Source of the DNA: an uncultured Marinosulfonomonas sp.
Lineage (GTDB): Bacteria; Pseudomonadota; Alphaproteobacteria; Rhodobacterales; Rhodobacteraceae
Assembly: GCA_964514925.1 (NCBI GenBank)
Contig: CAZETX010000006.1
Coordinates: 10,922-74,921, forward strand
Length of the DNA: 64,000 bases
Reading direction: 5' to 3'
Shown: positions 40,497 through 49,962 of the stretch, piece after piece
Position numbering within the stretch: position 1 is the stretch's first letter
How the letters are laid out: each line of letters begins with the position of its first letter
Translations under genes and position numbers: made by a program
Notes under the pieces: generated by a model
Database searches by the model: none
What the model was told of the DNA's origin: nothing
Seen by the model: the letters and a program-made list of their open reading frames with translations, nothing else

Positions 40497-41509
40497 CTTG
40501 TTTGTCCATCACCTGTAGCTAATTGCCAAAGTGTTAATGCTTGTCGCATTTCTGCGATATCATGAACACGGGTAATCTGCACCCCCTGTGAAATGCCCTG
40601 TAACCCTAAAGCGACCGTACCAGCAAGGCGCCGCATTGGGTTAGGTTCTTCAGCCAATTCTCCGATAAAACGTTTACGCGAAACCCCCAATAGGATCGGG
40701 CAGCCCAGTGCGTGGAAAAGGCTTATATTCTGTATCAGTCGTAGACAGTGTTTAGTGGTTTTGCCAAACCCAATACCGGGGTCAATAATGATATCCCTGC
40801 GGGAAAACCCTTTCGATTCCGCGTATTCAATACGCTCGGAAAGATAGTCATAAACGTCAAGGAGAACATCATCGTAGGTCGGTGACGCTTGCATAGTACT
40901 GGGGTCGCCTTGGGCATGCATCAAACATATTGGCGCATTTTTTTGCGAGACAATACTTGCCAGATCCTTGTCATATTTTAATGCAGAAACGTCATTTACA
41001 ATGTTTGCACCAAAGCGAATTGCTGCGTCTGCTACCGAGGATTTTCGTGTATCAATTGATATTAAAACGTCGGAAAATTCCCTGATACCTTTTATGACTG
41101 GCTTGATGCGGTAAATTTCGATTTGATCTGGTACTAGTTCGGCGCCCGGACGGGTACTTTCGCCACCGATATCTAGTATATCCGCTCCGGAATGTTCCAA
41201 TTTAATGCCATGGGTTACGGCCAATTTATCTTGATCAAACATTCCGCCATCCGAAAAGCTGTCAGGCGTAACATTTATAATTCCCATTAAGCGTGGCTGG
41301 TCCAGCGTCAGATTACTTATAGGAAACCTGGAGCAGGTGATTGCATCCAGAACTTTGCTTGGGATTTCGTCGATCTGAATAATTTTGGTGGGCTGTCCCC
41401 GCTCAAATACTTCTGCGTGATCAAACCACGACCAACCACCCGCAACCGACAACGCAGCAGACGTTCGGTGCGAACCTAATTGGCAAAGCGGTCTGTAGTA
41501 TTGCGTCAT
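40493..41509 (-). CDS. folP: Dihydropteroate synthase
   Basis: 338-aa ORF with a pterin-binding domain ([33 protein letters not shown]). It overlaps glmM by 4 nt. Confidence 0.9.
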   Translation of the reverse strand: MTQYYRPLCQLGSHRTSAALSVAGGWSWFDHAEVFERGQPTKIIQIDEIPSKVLDAITCSRFPISNLTLDQPRLMGIINVTPDSFSDGGMFDQDKLAVTHGIKLEHSGADILDIGGESTRPGAELVPDQIEIYRIKPVIKGIREFSDVLISIDTRKSSVADAAIRFGANIVNDVSALKYDKDLASIVSQKNAPICLMHAQGDPSTMQASPTYDDVLLDVYDYLSERIEYAESKGFSRRDIIIDPGIGFGKTTKHCLRLIQNISLFHALGCPILLGVSRKRFIGELAEEPNPMRRLAGTVALGLQGISQGVQITRVHDIAEMRQALTLWQLATGDGQTR

Positions 41510-41547
41510 CGTGATACTATCCGTCGTTTCAGCCCCCTTGAAAAGCG

Positions 41548-42474
41548 TCAGATCTCAGCTTGATCTAAAGCAACTGATATTACTGTAATGTTATCGGTTG
41601 CTATTTCCTTGCTACCTACAATATAAATTCGATCAGCATTTAATAATTGCGCCATCCAATAGGCAAGCCTGACAGGATCATTGGTCGGAGCTTTCCGATC
41701 AGTTATGGAGTTCATAACAATATTGGACGGTGACCAAACTGCTAGCCTATTTTTACGCGCCGCCCATTCAATTTCTGCGTGGCTAGATACTACCAAACAC
41801 CTATTTTCGCGCCCAGCTAACGCCCAGGCGTTTTGCTCAATTGCCAGTAATTCAACTCTTTTCAGAGCCTTGGGCGGTATATTTGTTGGCATTATTGTAC
41901 CAGGCGGCTCCAAACAGATTAGCACTGGATTTTCAAGTTTTTGCAATTGGTCAAACCAACCAGTCAAATATTCAGAATTTATCGCTGCGTTAGAAAAATA
42001 TGCCAAAATATGTTTTTGGGTTGGTAATTGAGCATCGTCTTTTTCTAGAAATTTGCCTGCGCCTCTGGAACGCACAATTTCTACTCCCAGCGCTCCTGGC
42101 CCCAAGTCTAGTTTCTGAATGCGAAGAAACACGCGAATTGCCTGAGGCGCGGCTAAAATTCGGCGGGCAATTCGTTCAGCAAGCGTTTCTAAAAGATTTA
42201 ACCGCTCGACTGCCAACTCTTCAGTTATAGCTTCAACCAACAAATCGTAAGATAAAATTCGATCAACATCATCGGCCAGCTGCTCCACAGGTGGAACTAC
42301 TTCCACAACCACATCAAAAACGACCCGTTGAGTTTTATCCCGCTCAACCTGAAACGCACCGATTTCAACCTCAACCAAGTAATCACGCAAGGAAATCCGG
42401 TCGAATTTCATACTTTCAGAATTAGCCTGATTTTCATGGCTGGCAAATGCATCTATATTTTTTTTAGAACTCAT
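41548..42474 (-). CDS. folB: Dihydroneopterin aldolase domain protein with ~170-aa C-terminal domain of unknown function
   Basis: Residues ~25-135 match the FolB fold pattern by eye (LRDYLVEVEIGAFQVERDKTQRV...LLETLAERIARRIL...GVEIVR). The C-terminal half is not recognisable. Confidence 0.6.
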   Translation of the reverse strand: MSSKKNIDAFASHENQANSESMKFDRISLRDYLVEVEIGAFQVERDKTQRVVFDVVVEVVPPVEQLADDVDRILSYDLLVEAITEELAVERLNLLETLAERIARRILAAPQAIRVFLRIQKLDLGPGALGVEIVRSRGAGKFLEKDDAQLPTQKHILAYFSNAAINSEYLTGWFDQLQKLENPVLICLEPPGTIMPTNIPPKALKRVELLAIEQNAWALAGRENRCLVVSSHAEIEWAARKNRLAVWSPSNIVMNSITDRKAPTNDPVRLAYWMAQLLNADRIYIVGSKEIATDNITVISVALDQAEI

Positions 42475-42671
42475 ACCGCCACTTTCATATGGTTACGAAC
42501 CGTCGAGGGATTTCACTCTTTATCATCACCATAATTAAATAGTGAAACATCTGGATACGGGTGCACAAAATCACCGGAAAAAGTGAAAAAAATGCGACCG
42601 AGAGAACTTTCACTAAATTTTACGATTCTTGGGCAATTAGCGTAAGCAATTTCTCAATTTTGAGAGTTGAT

Positions 42672-43364
42672 TTAGCTATTCGTCGCGGTTCGTAACGGCG
42701 CCCGATAAAAAAGATGCGCACCAATAGCGACTGTACGTTGAAATTTTCGTGCCCACCTGGGTGAAACAGCCCGTGTATGATAATAGGTAGCGCCATTGGT
42801 TAGCTCGCGTGTCTTGCCATCCACCATAATACGCGCAATTTTCGCGACCCTGTTCCAGGCCGCTCGATCATTAATTCGTTCACTTCTACCATCACAGGTA
42901 TACGTAAATTGACACCGGAATTTTTGACCCGTTCCCTGTCGAATTACCCGACACAAGGTCGATGGAAAACTGGCACTGTCTACGCGGTTCATTATGACTT
43001 CGGCTACTGCAAATTGCCCTTGGACACTCTCCCCGCGGGCCTCAAAATATAGTGCCTCACTTAAACACTCCCATTGCTTATCTCCATTTGCAATCGGTAA
43101 CCTTGCCAAAAATTCACTACTATAAGAAAACTGTTGCACGTCAGAACGGCCACCGCGACGTGGTGTTTTTTGCAATCGGTTAAACTGGCTTGAATTTACA
43201 GCACCGAATGCGACCCGCTCGTTGCCAAAAAGTTGCGTCAACTCATCATCAATTTCTGCACTCGGTGCATTGGATTGACTAAGAGTAACATCGGCATTCG
43301 CAGTTCCGGCAATCGCCAAAAACGCAAACACAATAATTCCCTTACTCAGCCTAAGCTGTGACAT
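42672..43364 (-). CDS. Cell wall hydrolase, SleB/Hydrolase_2 family
   Basis: The start is set at ATG 43364, preceded by GGAGGGG. Signal peptide MSQLRLSKGIIVFAFLAIAGTANA and catalytic domain ALYFEARGESVQGQFAVAEVIMNR...QFTYTCDG. Confidence 0.8.
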   Translation of the reverse strand: MSQLRLSKGIIVFAFLAIAGTANADVTLSQSNAPSAEIDDELTQLFGNERVAFGAVNSSQFNRLQKTPRRGGRSDVQQFSYSSEFLARLPIANGDKQWECLSEALYFEARGESVQGQFAVAEVIMNRVDSASFPSTLCRVIRQGTGQKFRCQFTYTCDGRSERINDRAAWNRVAKIARIMVDGKTRELTNGATYYHTRAVSPRWARKFQRTVAIGAHLFYRAPLRTATNS

Positions 43365-43557
43365 TGGCCCCTCCAGTTGGCAGCCCCTTGGGGCAACCAA
43401 GGTGCAAACATTGGGGGATTTAGGGCAATTTTTCGGATTGGTCCAGCATTGCAGGCGGTTCTTTGCTTATATCGCTGTCAGTTGTGAATAGGTTCAAAAG
43501 GGTAATAATGTGGAGGGTTTTGGTATATTCACTTAGTTACAATCGCTTAATTGTTTC

Positions 43558-46107
43558 CTAAACAGAAACACGGCTTTTTAGCACCAGATGCGCGGCGGCA
43601 AGTCTTGCAACAGGAACACGGTAAGGTGAACAAGAAACGTAATCAAAACCAGCGTTCCTACAAAATGCGATCGATTCGGGATTACCACCATGTTCACCGC
43701 ACATTGATAAAACAATATCCGGATTAGCCTCTCTTCCCCTTTGCGCTCCGATCCGCAACAATTCTCCGACGCCATCAGTATCCAAGCTATGAAATGGGTC
43801 TTCGGCGAAGACACCCTGTTTTACATAGTCTCCCATAAAACGACCTGCGTCATCTCGGGACAGTCCATAAGTCATCTGGGTAAGATCATTGGTACCAAAT
43901 GAAAGGAAGGCGCTGTATTGCGCAATATCATGCGCTCTAAGTGCAGCACGGGGAGTTTCAACCATGACGCCCAGTCGAAAATCGAACTTTACTCCGGTTT
44001 CAATACGTACCAACGCCGCCAACGCGTCGATCCGCGATTTGACCAGTTCAACTTCTTTCTTTGCTGAGACAAGCGGTATCATAATTTCCGGAATTACTGG
44101 TGCCCCCGCGCGGCTTACTTCGGCGGTCGCTTCAAAAATCGCTCTGACCTGCATATCATAAATTTCAGGTACAGTAATTCCCAATCTGACGCCGCGCATC
44201 CCCAACATTGGGTTGAATTCTGCTAGTTCTTCCACTCGACTTACAACATCTGAAAGGGGTAACCCTAAAGCTTCTGCCAGATCACGCATGCCACTGCGAC
44301 CACGTGGAAGAAACTCATGCAAAGGGGGGTCAAACAACCGAATACAAACCGGCAATCCTTGCATGATATTAAACAGCTCTGTAAAATCTGCCCTTTGCAT
44401 TGGTAATAATCGCTCAAGCGCTGCTGCGCGATCATCAGTATCATCTGCAAATATCATTTCTCGCATGACTGTTAGACGATCATTTTCAAAGAACATATGT
44501 TCAGTGCGACAAAGCCCAATACCATGCGCATCGAAATTTCGTGCTACCAGTGCATCAGCTGGTGTATCTGCGTTGGCCCGTATCTCTATATCGCAAACAT
44601 CACTGGCCCAACCTAATAACGTTTGAAACGCATCGCCCAAGCCAGGCTCAAGCATATTTGCGGCACCAACTAACGCCTCACCGGAGGTACCATCAATTGT
44701 TATTATATCGCCTTCACAAAATGTTCTACCATCCTCGGTTCTAAGTGATTTTTCTTTGCTATTCAGCGTCATACCGCCTGCACCAACAATACAGGGAAGA
44801 CCAAGACCACGTGCGATTACCGCTGCATGGCTAGTGACACCTCCACGTTCAGTTAAAACAGCATTGGCGGAGTGCATACCACGGATATCTTCGGGTGTGG
44901 TTTCGCGTCGTACAAGGATACACGGCTCTCCTCGCGCTTCCGAGGCCTGTGCAGCTGATGATGTAAATACTATCTTACCTGCTGCGGCGCCAGGACTCGC
45001 TGCGATCCCATGTAAGAATGTGTCAGGTTTACCAATAGGATCCACCTGGGGATGAAGCAATTCAGATAGTGAGTGCGGTTCAATACGTAAAACAGCCTCG
45101 GATCGACTAATAACACCTATTTGGGCAAGATTTACCGCAATAGCCACACCAGCACGCGGAGATCGGTGAACGCGAACTGCGTCCAACACATGAAGCAAAC
45201 CATTTTCGACCGTAAATTCGATTTGCATTTCTTCGCGCAATTTATTGCGGCAAATATCACCGTAATCAATCAAGAATTGAAACAGATCCGGGCATTTGCT
45301 TTCAAGCGAAACGCCGCGTTTGTCTTCAGTCAGATATATTGCACCGGTAGTGGCCCGTAACGCGTCTCGGCCCTGGCTTTGGCCAAGAAACCGACCCGTA
45401 ATTTGAGCCGCTCCAGTTTTGGGATCAACAAACTGAATGACTCCGGCACCGCTTTCTCCCGGGCCCACTCCAAGAACCATTTGTTGAACGACCAATCCTA
45501 GCCCTGCATCAACTGGTGCGCCTTTTGCCTGTCGTAATATTCGCGCAGTAGTACTTTCCCATGTACGAGCCATCGAGCGTAGCACCTCAGCTAGCTGCAC
45601 AGCCGGATCCTGAGGAAAGTACTCTTCAGTCTCGGCCTCATATGCTTCGAGGGCTGCGCTAAGGGCATCGTTGCCTAGACCATTGTCAATATCAAACATC
45701 TCTGGGTCCAGGCGCGCTACATTGATGGCAAATGACTGCACAAATCGAAGATAAAGTGCATTTGCCGCTTCTTCCCCATGACTATTTACCAATTCTCGAT
45801 GCACAATATCGTTCATACCGATATTCAGCATTGCTCCTGGGCCACCCCAATCTGGGTCTTGCGAGGAAGGCCGAACCGACACCAATGGGTGATCCCCAAA
45901 TGTTTTTAGAACTGCCGCAATATCTGGCATGTCACCTGCTGCAATACGATGTACGGTATCAAACGAAAGCGCCACGGTTTGAGGTACGGGTAGGTCCAGC
46001 CGGATCAGTCGTTGCAAGCACTTCGCACGCCCTCCATGGGTATCATTGGAAATCGGCGCGACCCGCCTGATTCTCGTGAATCCATGAATTTCGACTATTT
46101 TCTGCAC
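43558..46107 (-). CDS. ppdK: Pyruvate, phosphate dikinase
   Basis: 849-aa ORF with a GTG start. It has an ATP-grasp N-terminal domain, the phospho-histidine swivel motif (GGVTSHAAVIARGLG) and a PEP-utilising C-terminal TIM barrel (FLSFGTNDLTQ, SCSP). Confidence 0.9.
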   Translation of the reverse strand: MQKIVEIHGFTRIRRVAPISNDTHGGRAKCLQRLIRLDLPVPQTVALSFDTVHRIAAGDMPDIAAVLKTFGDHPLVSVRPSSQDPDWGGPGAMLNIGMNDIVHRELVNSHGEEAANALYLRFVQSFAINVARLDPEMFDIDNGLGNDALSAALEAYEAETEEYFPQDPAVQLAEVLRSMARTWESTTARILRQAKGAPVDAGLGLVVQQMVLGVGPGESGAGVIQFVDPKTGAAQITGRFLGQSQGRDALRATTGAIYLTEDKRGVSLESKCPDLFQFLIDYGDICRNKLREEMQIEFTVENGLLHVLDAVRVHRSPRAGVAIAVNLAQIGVISRSEAVLRIEPHSLSELLHPQVDPIGKPDTFLHGIAASPGAAAGKIVFTSSAAQASEARGEPCILVRRETTPEDIRGMHSANAVLTERGGVTSHAAVIARGLGLPCIVGAGGMTLNSKEKSLRTEDGRTFCEGDIITIDGTSGEALVGAANMLEPGLGDAFQTLLGWASDVCDIEIRANADTPADALVARNFDAHGIGLCRTEHMFFENDRLTVMREMIFADDTDDRAAALERLLPMQRADFTELFNIMQGLPVCIRLFDPPLHEFLPRGRSGMRDLAEALGLPLSDVVSRVEELAEFNPMLGMRGVRLGITVPEIYDMQVRAIFEATAEVSRAGAPVIPEIMIPLVSAKKEVELVKSRIDALAALVRIETGVKFDFRLGVMVETPRAALRAHDIAQYSAFLSFGTNDLTQMTYGLSRDDAGRFMGDYVKQGVFAEDPFHSLDTDGVGELLRIGAQRGREANPDIVLSMCGEHGGNPESIAFCRNAGFDYVSCSPYRVPVARLAAAHLVLKSRVSV

Positions 46108-46186
46108 TGCAGCACCAATTCAAATTGCACTTGCAGCATAGCGCCGGAAAGTTTTGGCGCAACTGTGACATTGCCGGGGTAATTTA

Positions 46187-48355
46187 TTAGCCTTCAATCA
46201 GGGTCAAATCAGCTACAGACAGGCAGGTTTCGCGAATTTGGCTGAGCATATTCAGCCGGTTGCGTCGAATCACTGCGCTATCCTCATTGACCTGCACCGC
46301 CTCAAAAAACACATCAATCGGCGTTCGAAGGGAAGCCATGGCAGACATGGCTGACGCGAAATCTTCGGCCTCGATGGCCGAAGAGATCGCCCTCCCCTGT
46401 TTGGCCAAGGCTTTGAACAGGGCTTTTTCTGCAGGTTCTTTCAGAAATTTTTCTTCTGTCCCATAAGAATATTCAACCCCATCTTTTTCTTCGGCCTGTG
46501 TCAGAATGTTGTTGGCTCGCTTGAAACCTTGCAGCAGGTTCTCGCCGTCATCGGATTTGAGGAACGCCGAAAGGGCTTTGGCCCGTTTAACCAGCAACGT
46601 CAGGTCGTCGTTGCCGGACATAGCGATGCAGGCATCGATGATGTCATGGCGGATGCCTTGGTCTTTCAGATGGGTTTTCAGACGATCGTGGAAAAAGGAA
46701 AGGAGATCGATTTCTTTTGCCGAAATCGTATACCCCGAGAAGGCCGCATCAACACCTTTTACCAAATACTCATCTGCTGTTGCATGGTCATCTGCCGCTC
46801 GGCATTCCGCTATTCTCATTTGAAATTGGATATGCTTTGTCGCCAGCAAAAACAAACCCTGCAATTTCACTTGCTTTCCAGCCTCAAGAAGCAATCGAAT
46901 AACCCCCAACGCCGCCCGCCGTAGCGCAAACGGGTCTTTGCTCCCTGTCGGCTTCTCATCAATCGTCCAGAACCCGGCCAGCGTATCAATCTTATCCGCC
47001 AAGGCCACCGTCACTGAAACCGGCGCCGTTGGCACGTCGTCTGACGGCCCCAATGGCGAATAATGTTCCTGCGCAGCCGCGGCCACGGCATCAGATAACC
47101 CGGCACTTTTCGCGTAATACCGTCCCATTACCCCCTGCAGCTCTGGGAATTCATAGACCATCTCTGACATCAAGTCCGCTTTGGCCACATTTGCCGCCGC
47201 CTCGGCCTCATCCGTATCAGCCCCAACCAATGGCGCAATTTCGCGTGCTAAGGCTGCGATACGGGTGACGCGTTCTGCCTGTGAACCCAGTTTGTTATGA
47301 AATGTCACATTTGCAAGCGCATCCTGCCAGTCACCCATACCAGCCTTTGCCACACGCAGGTCATTGTCCCAAAAGAATTTCGCGTCCGCCAGTCGCGCAG
47401 CCAATACTTTCTGGTTGCCCGCAAGGATTGTGGCACCATTGTCAGGGGTCTCAATATTGGCCACAGTAATAAACTTTTCGATGCGGCCGGTTTTTGGGTT
47501 CCTAACCGAGAAAAACTTTTGATGCTCGCGCATCGACGTTTGCAAAACTTCAACAGGCAGGTCCAAAAACTCATCGGCAATGTCGCCCAGCAACACCACC
47601 GGCCATTCCACTAGCCCGGCTACTTCGGCCAACAATCCTTTATCCGGTACAACTTCCATCCCCAATGCAAAGGCCAAATTTTCAGCGTCCGCGCGGATGA
47701 GGTCTGCTCGCGCTGTATGTTCAAGCAATACCTTCGACTTTTTCAGCTTGGCCTTGTAGTCATCAAAGTTGTTAACCTTAATTGAATTCGGTGCCAGGAA
47801 CCGGTGGCCTTGTGTCATGTCACCTGAACAAATCCCATCTATTTCCAGTGGCACCACTGCAGATCCGTTTTCATCGCTGAGTAAACATAGAATCGAATGC
47901 AAAGGCCGCACCCACTTCAGATTACCCTCACCCCAACGCATAGATTTTGGCCATGGAAAATTTCGGATCGTATTTTCTAAAACTTCCGTCACGATTTCAT
48001 TTGCAGGACGGCCCGGTTTATCAATTACGGCAAATAGCACATTGCCCTTTTTGTCCGGCCGAACTTCAAGTTGATCACGATTTAAACCAGTTGAACGCAA
48101 AAATCCCGCCAACGCTTGTTCAGGTGCATCCGCGCGTGGCCCTTTTCGTTCCTCATGTGTGTCTGGGCTTCGCGCTGTTAGACCTTCGATTGTCAGGCAC
48201 AGGCGACGTGGTGTCGAAAATGCCCCCGCCGAGATGTAAGTTAAACCGGCTTCAACCAATCCATCAGTCATCCTTTTTTTCAGATCCTCACACGCGCGGT
48301 GCTGCATGCGTGCCGGGATTTCCTCGGAGAAAAGTTCAATTAAAAGGTCTGGCAT
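46187..48355 (-). CDS. glyS: Glycine--tRNA ligase beta subunit
   Basis: 722-aa ORF with the N terminus MPDLLIELFSEEIPARMQ typical of GlyS. It follows glyQ and a small ORF. Confidence 0.95.
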   Translation of the reverse strand: MPDLLIELFSEEIPARMQHRACEDLKKRMTDGLVEAGLTYISAGAFSTPRRLCLTIEGLTARSPDTHEERKGPRADAPEQALAGFLRSTGLNRDQLEVRPDKKGNVLFAVIDKPGRPANEIVTEVLENTIRNFPWPKSMRWGEGNLKWVRPLHSILCLLSDENGSAVVPLEIDGICSGDMTQGHRFLAPNSIKVNNFDDYKAKLKKSKVLLEHTARADLIRADAENLAFALGMEVVPDKGLLAEVAGLVEWPVVLLGDIADEFLDLPVEVLQTSMREHQKFFSVRNPKTGRIEKFITVANIETPDNGATILAGNQKVLAARLADAKFFWDNDLRVAKAGMGDWQDALANVTFHNKLGSQAERVTRIAALAREIAPLVGADTDEAEAAANVAKADLMSEMVYEFPELQGVMGRYYAKSAGLSDAVAAAAQEHYSPLGPSDDVPTAPVSVTVALADKIDTLAGFWTIDEKPTGSKDPFALRRAALGVIRLLLEAGKQVKLQGLFLLATKHIQFQMRIAECRAADDHATADEYLVKGVDAAFSGYTISAKEIDLLSFFHDRLKTHLKDQGIRHDIIDACIAMSGNDDLTLLVKRAKALSAFLKSDDGENLLQGFKRANNILTQAEEKDGVEYSYGTEEKFLKEPAEKALFKALAKQGRAISSAIEAEDFASAMSAMASLRTPIDVFFEAVQVNEDSAVIRRNRLNMLSQIRETCLSVADLTLIEG

Positions 48356-48898
48356 TTAGTTAGACTCTTCTTGCTCAGGGCAACTCTCTGGGGCTGGTTG
48401 ACCGTCAAAAACTTTTTCTCCGCAACTATTTATCTGTTGCCAAGCATAGGCACGGCCATCGGGATAAACTGCAATAACCCGATCTATTCCGAAACTGATA
48501 TTAGCCTCAGACAGGAACGCAATCGCGCCGCCCGCCTCAAGATCGGCCCCAAGCGTTATGGCATCGTAACAATCAAACCATTTTGGACCTGTGAGTGGGA
48601 CAGGTGTTTTATATACCTCATATGTTTCAGTTAACATGGCAATACTCTGGGTCGTTGTGAAACAAGCCCGGAACCGCACCGGTGAGCTATTAGCATCAAT
48701 GCCTTGAAAATTTTCGACAATAATCGTTTCCGGAGCGTTTCCAACCAAAGAAGTTAGCTGAATGTCGGTTGTATTTTCACCCTGGCTACCGCCAAGTACG
48801 ACGGGCTCATAGTAGCCATATACCTGCATGTAATACATCCCACCGCCCATCAACAAAGCGGAACCCAGGATCAAGAGTACCAGAAATTTTCCCATCAT
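48356..48898 (-). CDS. Hypothetical N-terminally anchored protein encoded between glyQ and glyS (DUF6446-like, tentative)
   Basis: 180-aa ORF with an N-terminal TM helix ([19 protein letters not shown]). It overlaps the glyQ stop by 4 nt, and there is no intergenic gap between its stop codon and the glyS start codon. Confidence 0.6.
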   Translation of the reverse strand: MMGKFLVLLILGSALLMGGGMYYMQVYGYYEPVVLGGSQGENTTDIQLTSLVGNAPETIIVENFQGIDANSSPVRFRACFTTTQSIAMLTETYEVYKTPVPLTGPKWFDCYDAITLGADLEAGGAIAFLSEANISFGIDRVIAVYPDGRAYAWQQINSCGEKVFDGQPAPESCPEQEESN

Positions 48899-49821
48899 GC
48901 CGCTGTCCCACCTGCTTCAGTTTTTAAAAATGCATCAGCGCATGACTTAGCAAGCGCCCGAACCCGACCGATATATGCTTGGCGTTCTGTAACCGATATT
49001 ACCCCACGGGCATCCAATAGGTTAAATAGGTGACTTGCCTTGATACATTGATCATATGCTGGATGTGCCATGATGATACGCCTACCGGTTTTAGGGTCGA
49101 TATCTGGCTGGCCAAGGATGCGGGCGCATTCGGCCTCGGCATCTTTGAAATGCTGGAACAACAAATCGGTATCCGCGACGTCAAAATTCCATCGGGAAAA
49201 TTCTGCCTCTGTCTGTCGGAATACATCACCGTAGGTCAAGGCCACTGTTGAATCCGGGGAATTGAACGGCATATCCATTATGTGGTCGACGCCAAGAATA
49301 TACATAGCCGTGCGTTCTAGGCCGTAAGTTAATTCGCCCGAAACTGGTTTGCAGTCATAGCCGCCTAGCTGTTGGAAATATGTAAACTGGCCAATTTCCA
49401 TCCCGTCGCACCAGACCTCCCAACCCAGGCCCCATGCGCCCAATGTCGGGCTTTCCCAGTCGTCTTCAACAAACCTAATGTCGTGACTGGCCAAGTCTAT
49501 GCCCATTGCTTCCAGCGACGCTAAATAAAGCGCTTGGAAATTCGGCGGGCTAGGTTTGATAATTACCTGATACTGGTAGAAATGCTGCAAACGGTTTGGG
49601 TTTTCGCCATAGCGTCCGTCTGTGGGGCGACGTGAGGGTTGAACATAGGCAACAGCCCAAGGGTTTGGCCCCAATGGTCGCAATGCTGTAGCTGGATGGA
49701 ATGTTCCTGCCCCGGCCTCCATATCATAAGGTTGCAGAATAGCGCAGCCCTGTTCAGCCCAATAGTTTTGCAATCGTAATAGGATATCCTGAAACGAGCG
49801 GGGTTTAGCAGATTTAGACAT
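48895..49821 (-). CDS. glyQ: Glycine--tRNA ligase alpha subunit
   Basis: 308-aa product from the ATG at 49821 ([26 protein letters not shown]...). Class II aaRS GlyQ motifs are present throughout. The track ORF start at 49899 would add 26 unconserved residues. Confidence 0.9.
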   Translation of the reverse strand: MSKSAKPRSFQDILLRLQNYWAEQGCAILQPYDMEAGAGTFHPATALRPLGPNPWAVAYVQPSRRPTDGRYGENPNRLQHFYQYQVIIKPSPPNFQALYLASLEAMGIDLASHDIRFVEDDWESPTLGAWGLGWEVWCDGMEIGQFTYFQQLGGYDCKPVSGELTYGLERTAMYILGVDHIMDMPFNSPDSTVALTYGDVFRQTEAEFSRWNFDVADTDLLFQHFKDAEAECARILGQPDIDPKTGRRIIMAHPAYDQCIKASHLFNLLDARGVISVTERQAYIGRVRALAKSCADAFLKTEAGGTAA

Positions 49822-49962
49822 GGAGGACCCTATGAATATTGCGGGTTCTCCATAGGCACTGGCCGGGTTGGGGTCAATTGGGGTTAAATATTTTCCCACA
49901 AAGCACTAAGCGATTTCAGTTTGAACCTAATATAAAAATGGTTTTGCGGGTTTGGCCTGGCC

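Noticed and set aside
43533-43552. Possible third, degenerate copy of the repeat core (AGTTACAATCGCTTAATT) between ppdK and sleB; weaker look-alikes at about 8498 and 26238
   Set aside because: They match only 11-13 positions and need an indel. They lack the tandem 32-bp architecture, so they are indistinguishable from chance in AT-rich intergenic DNA.
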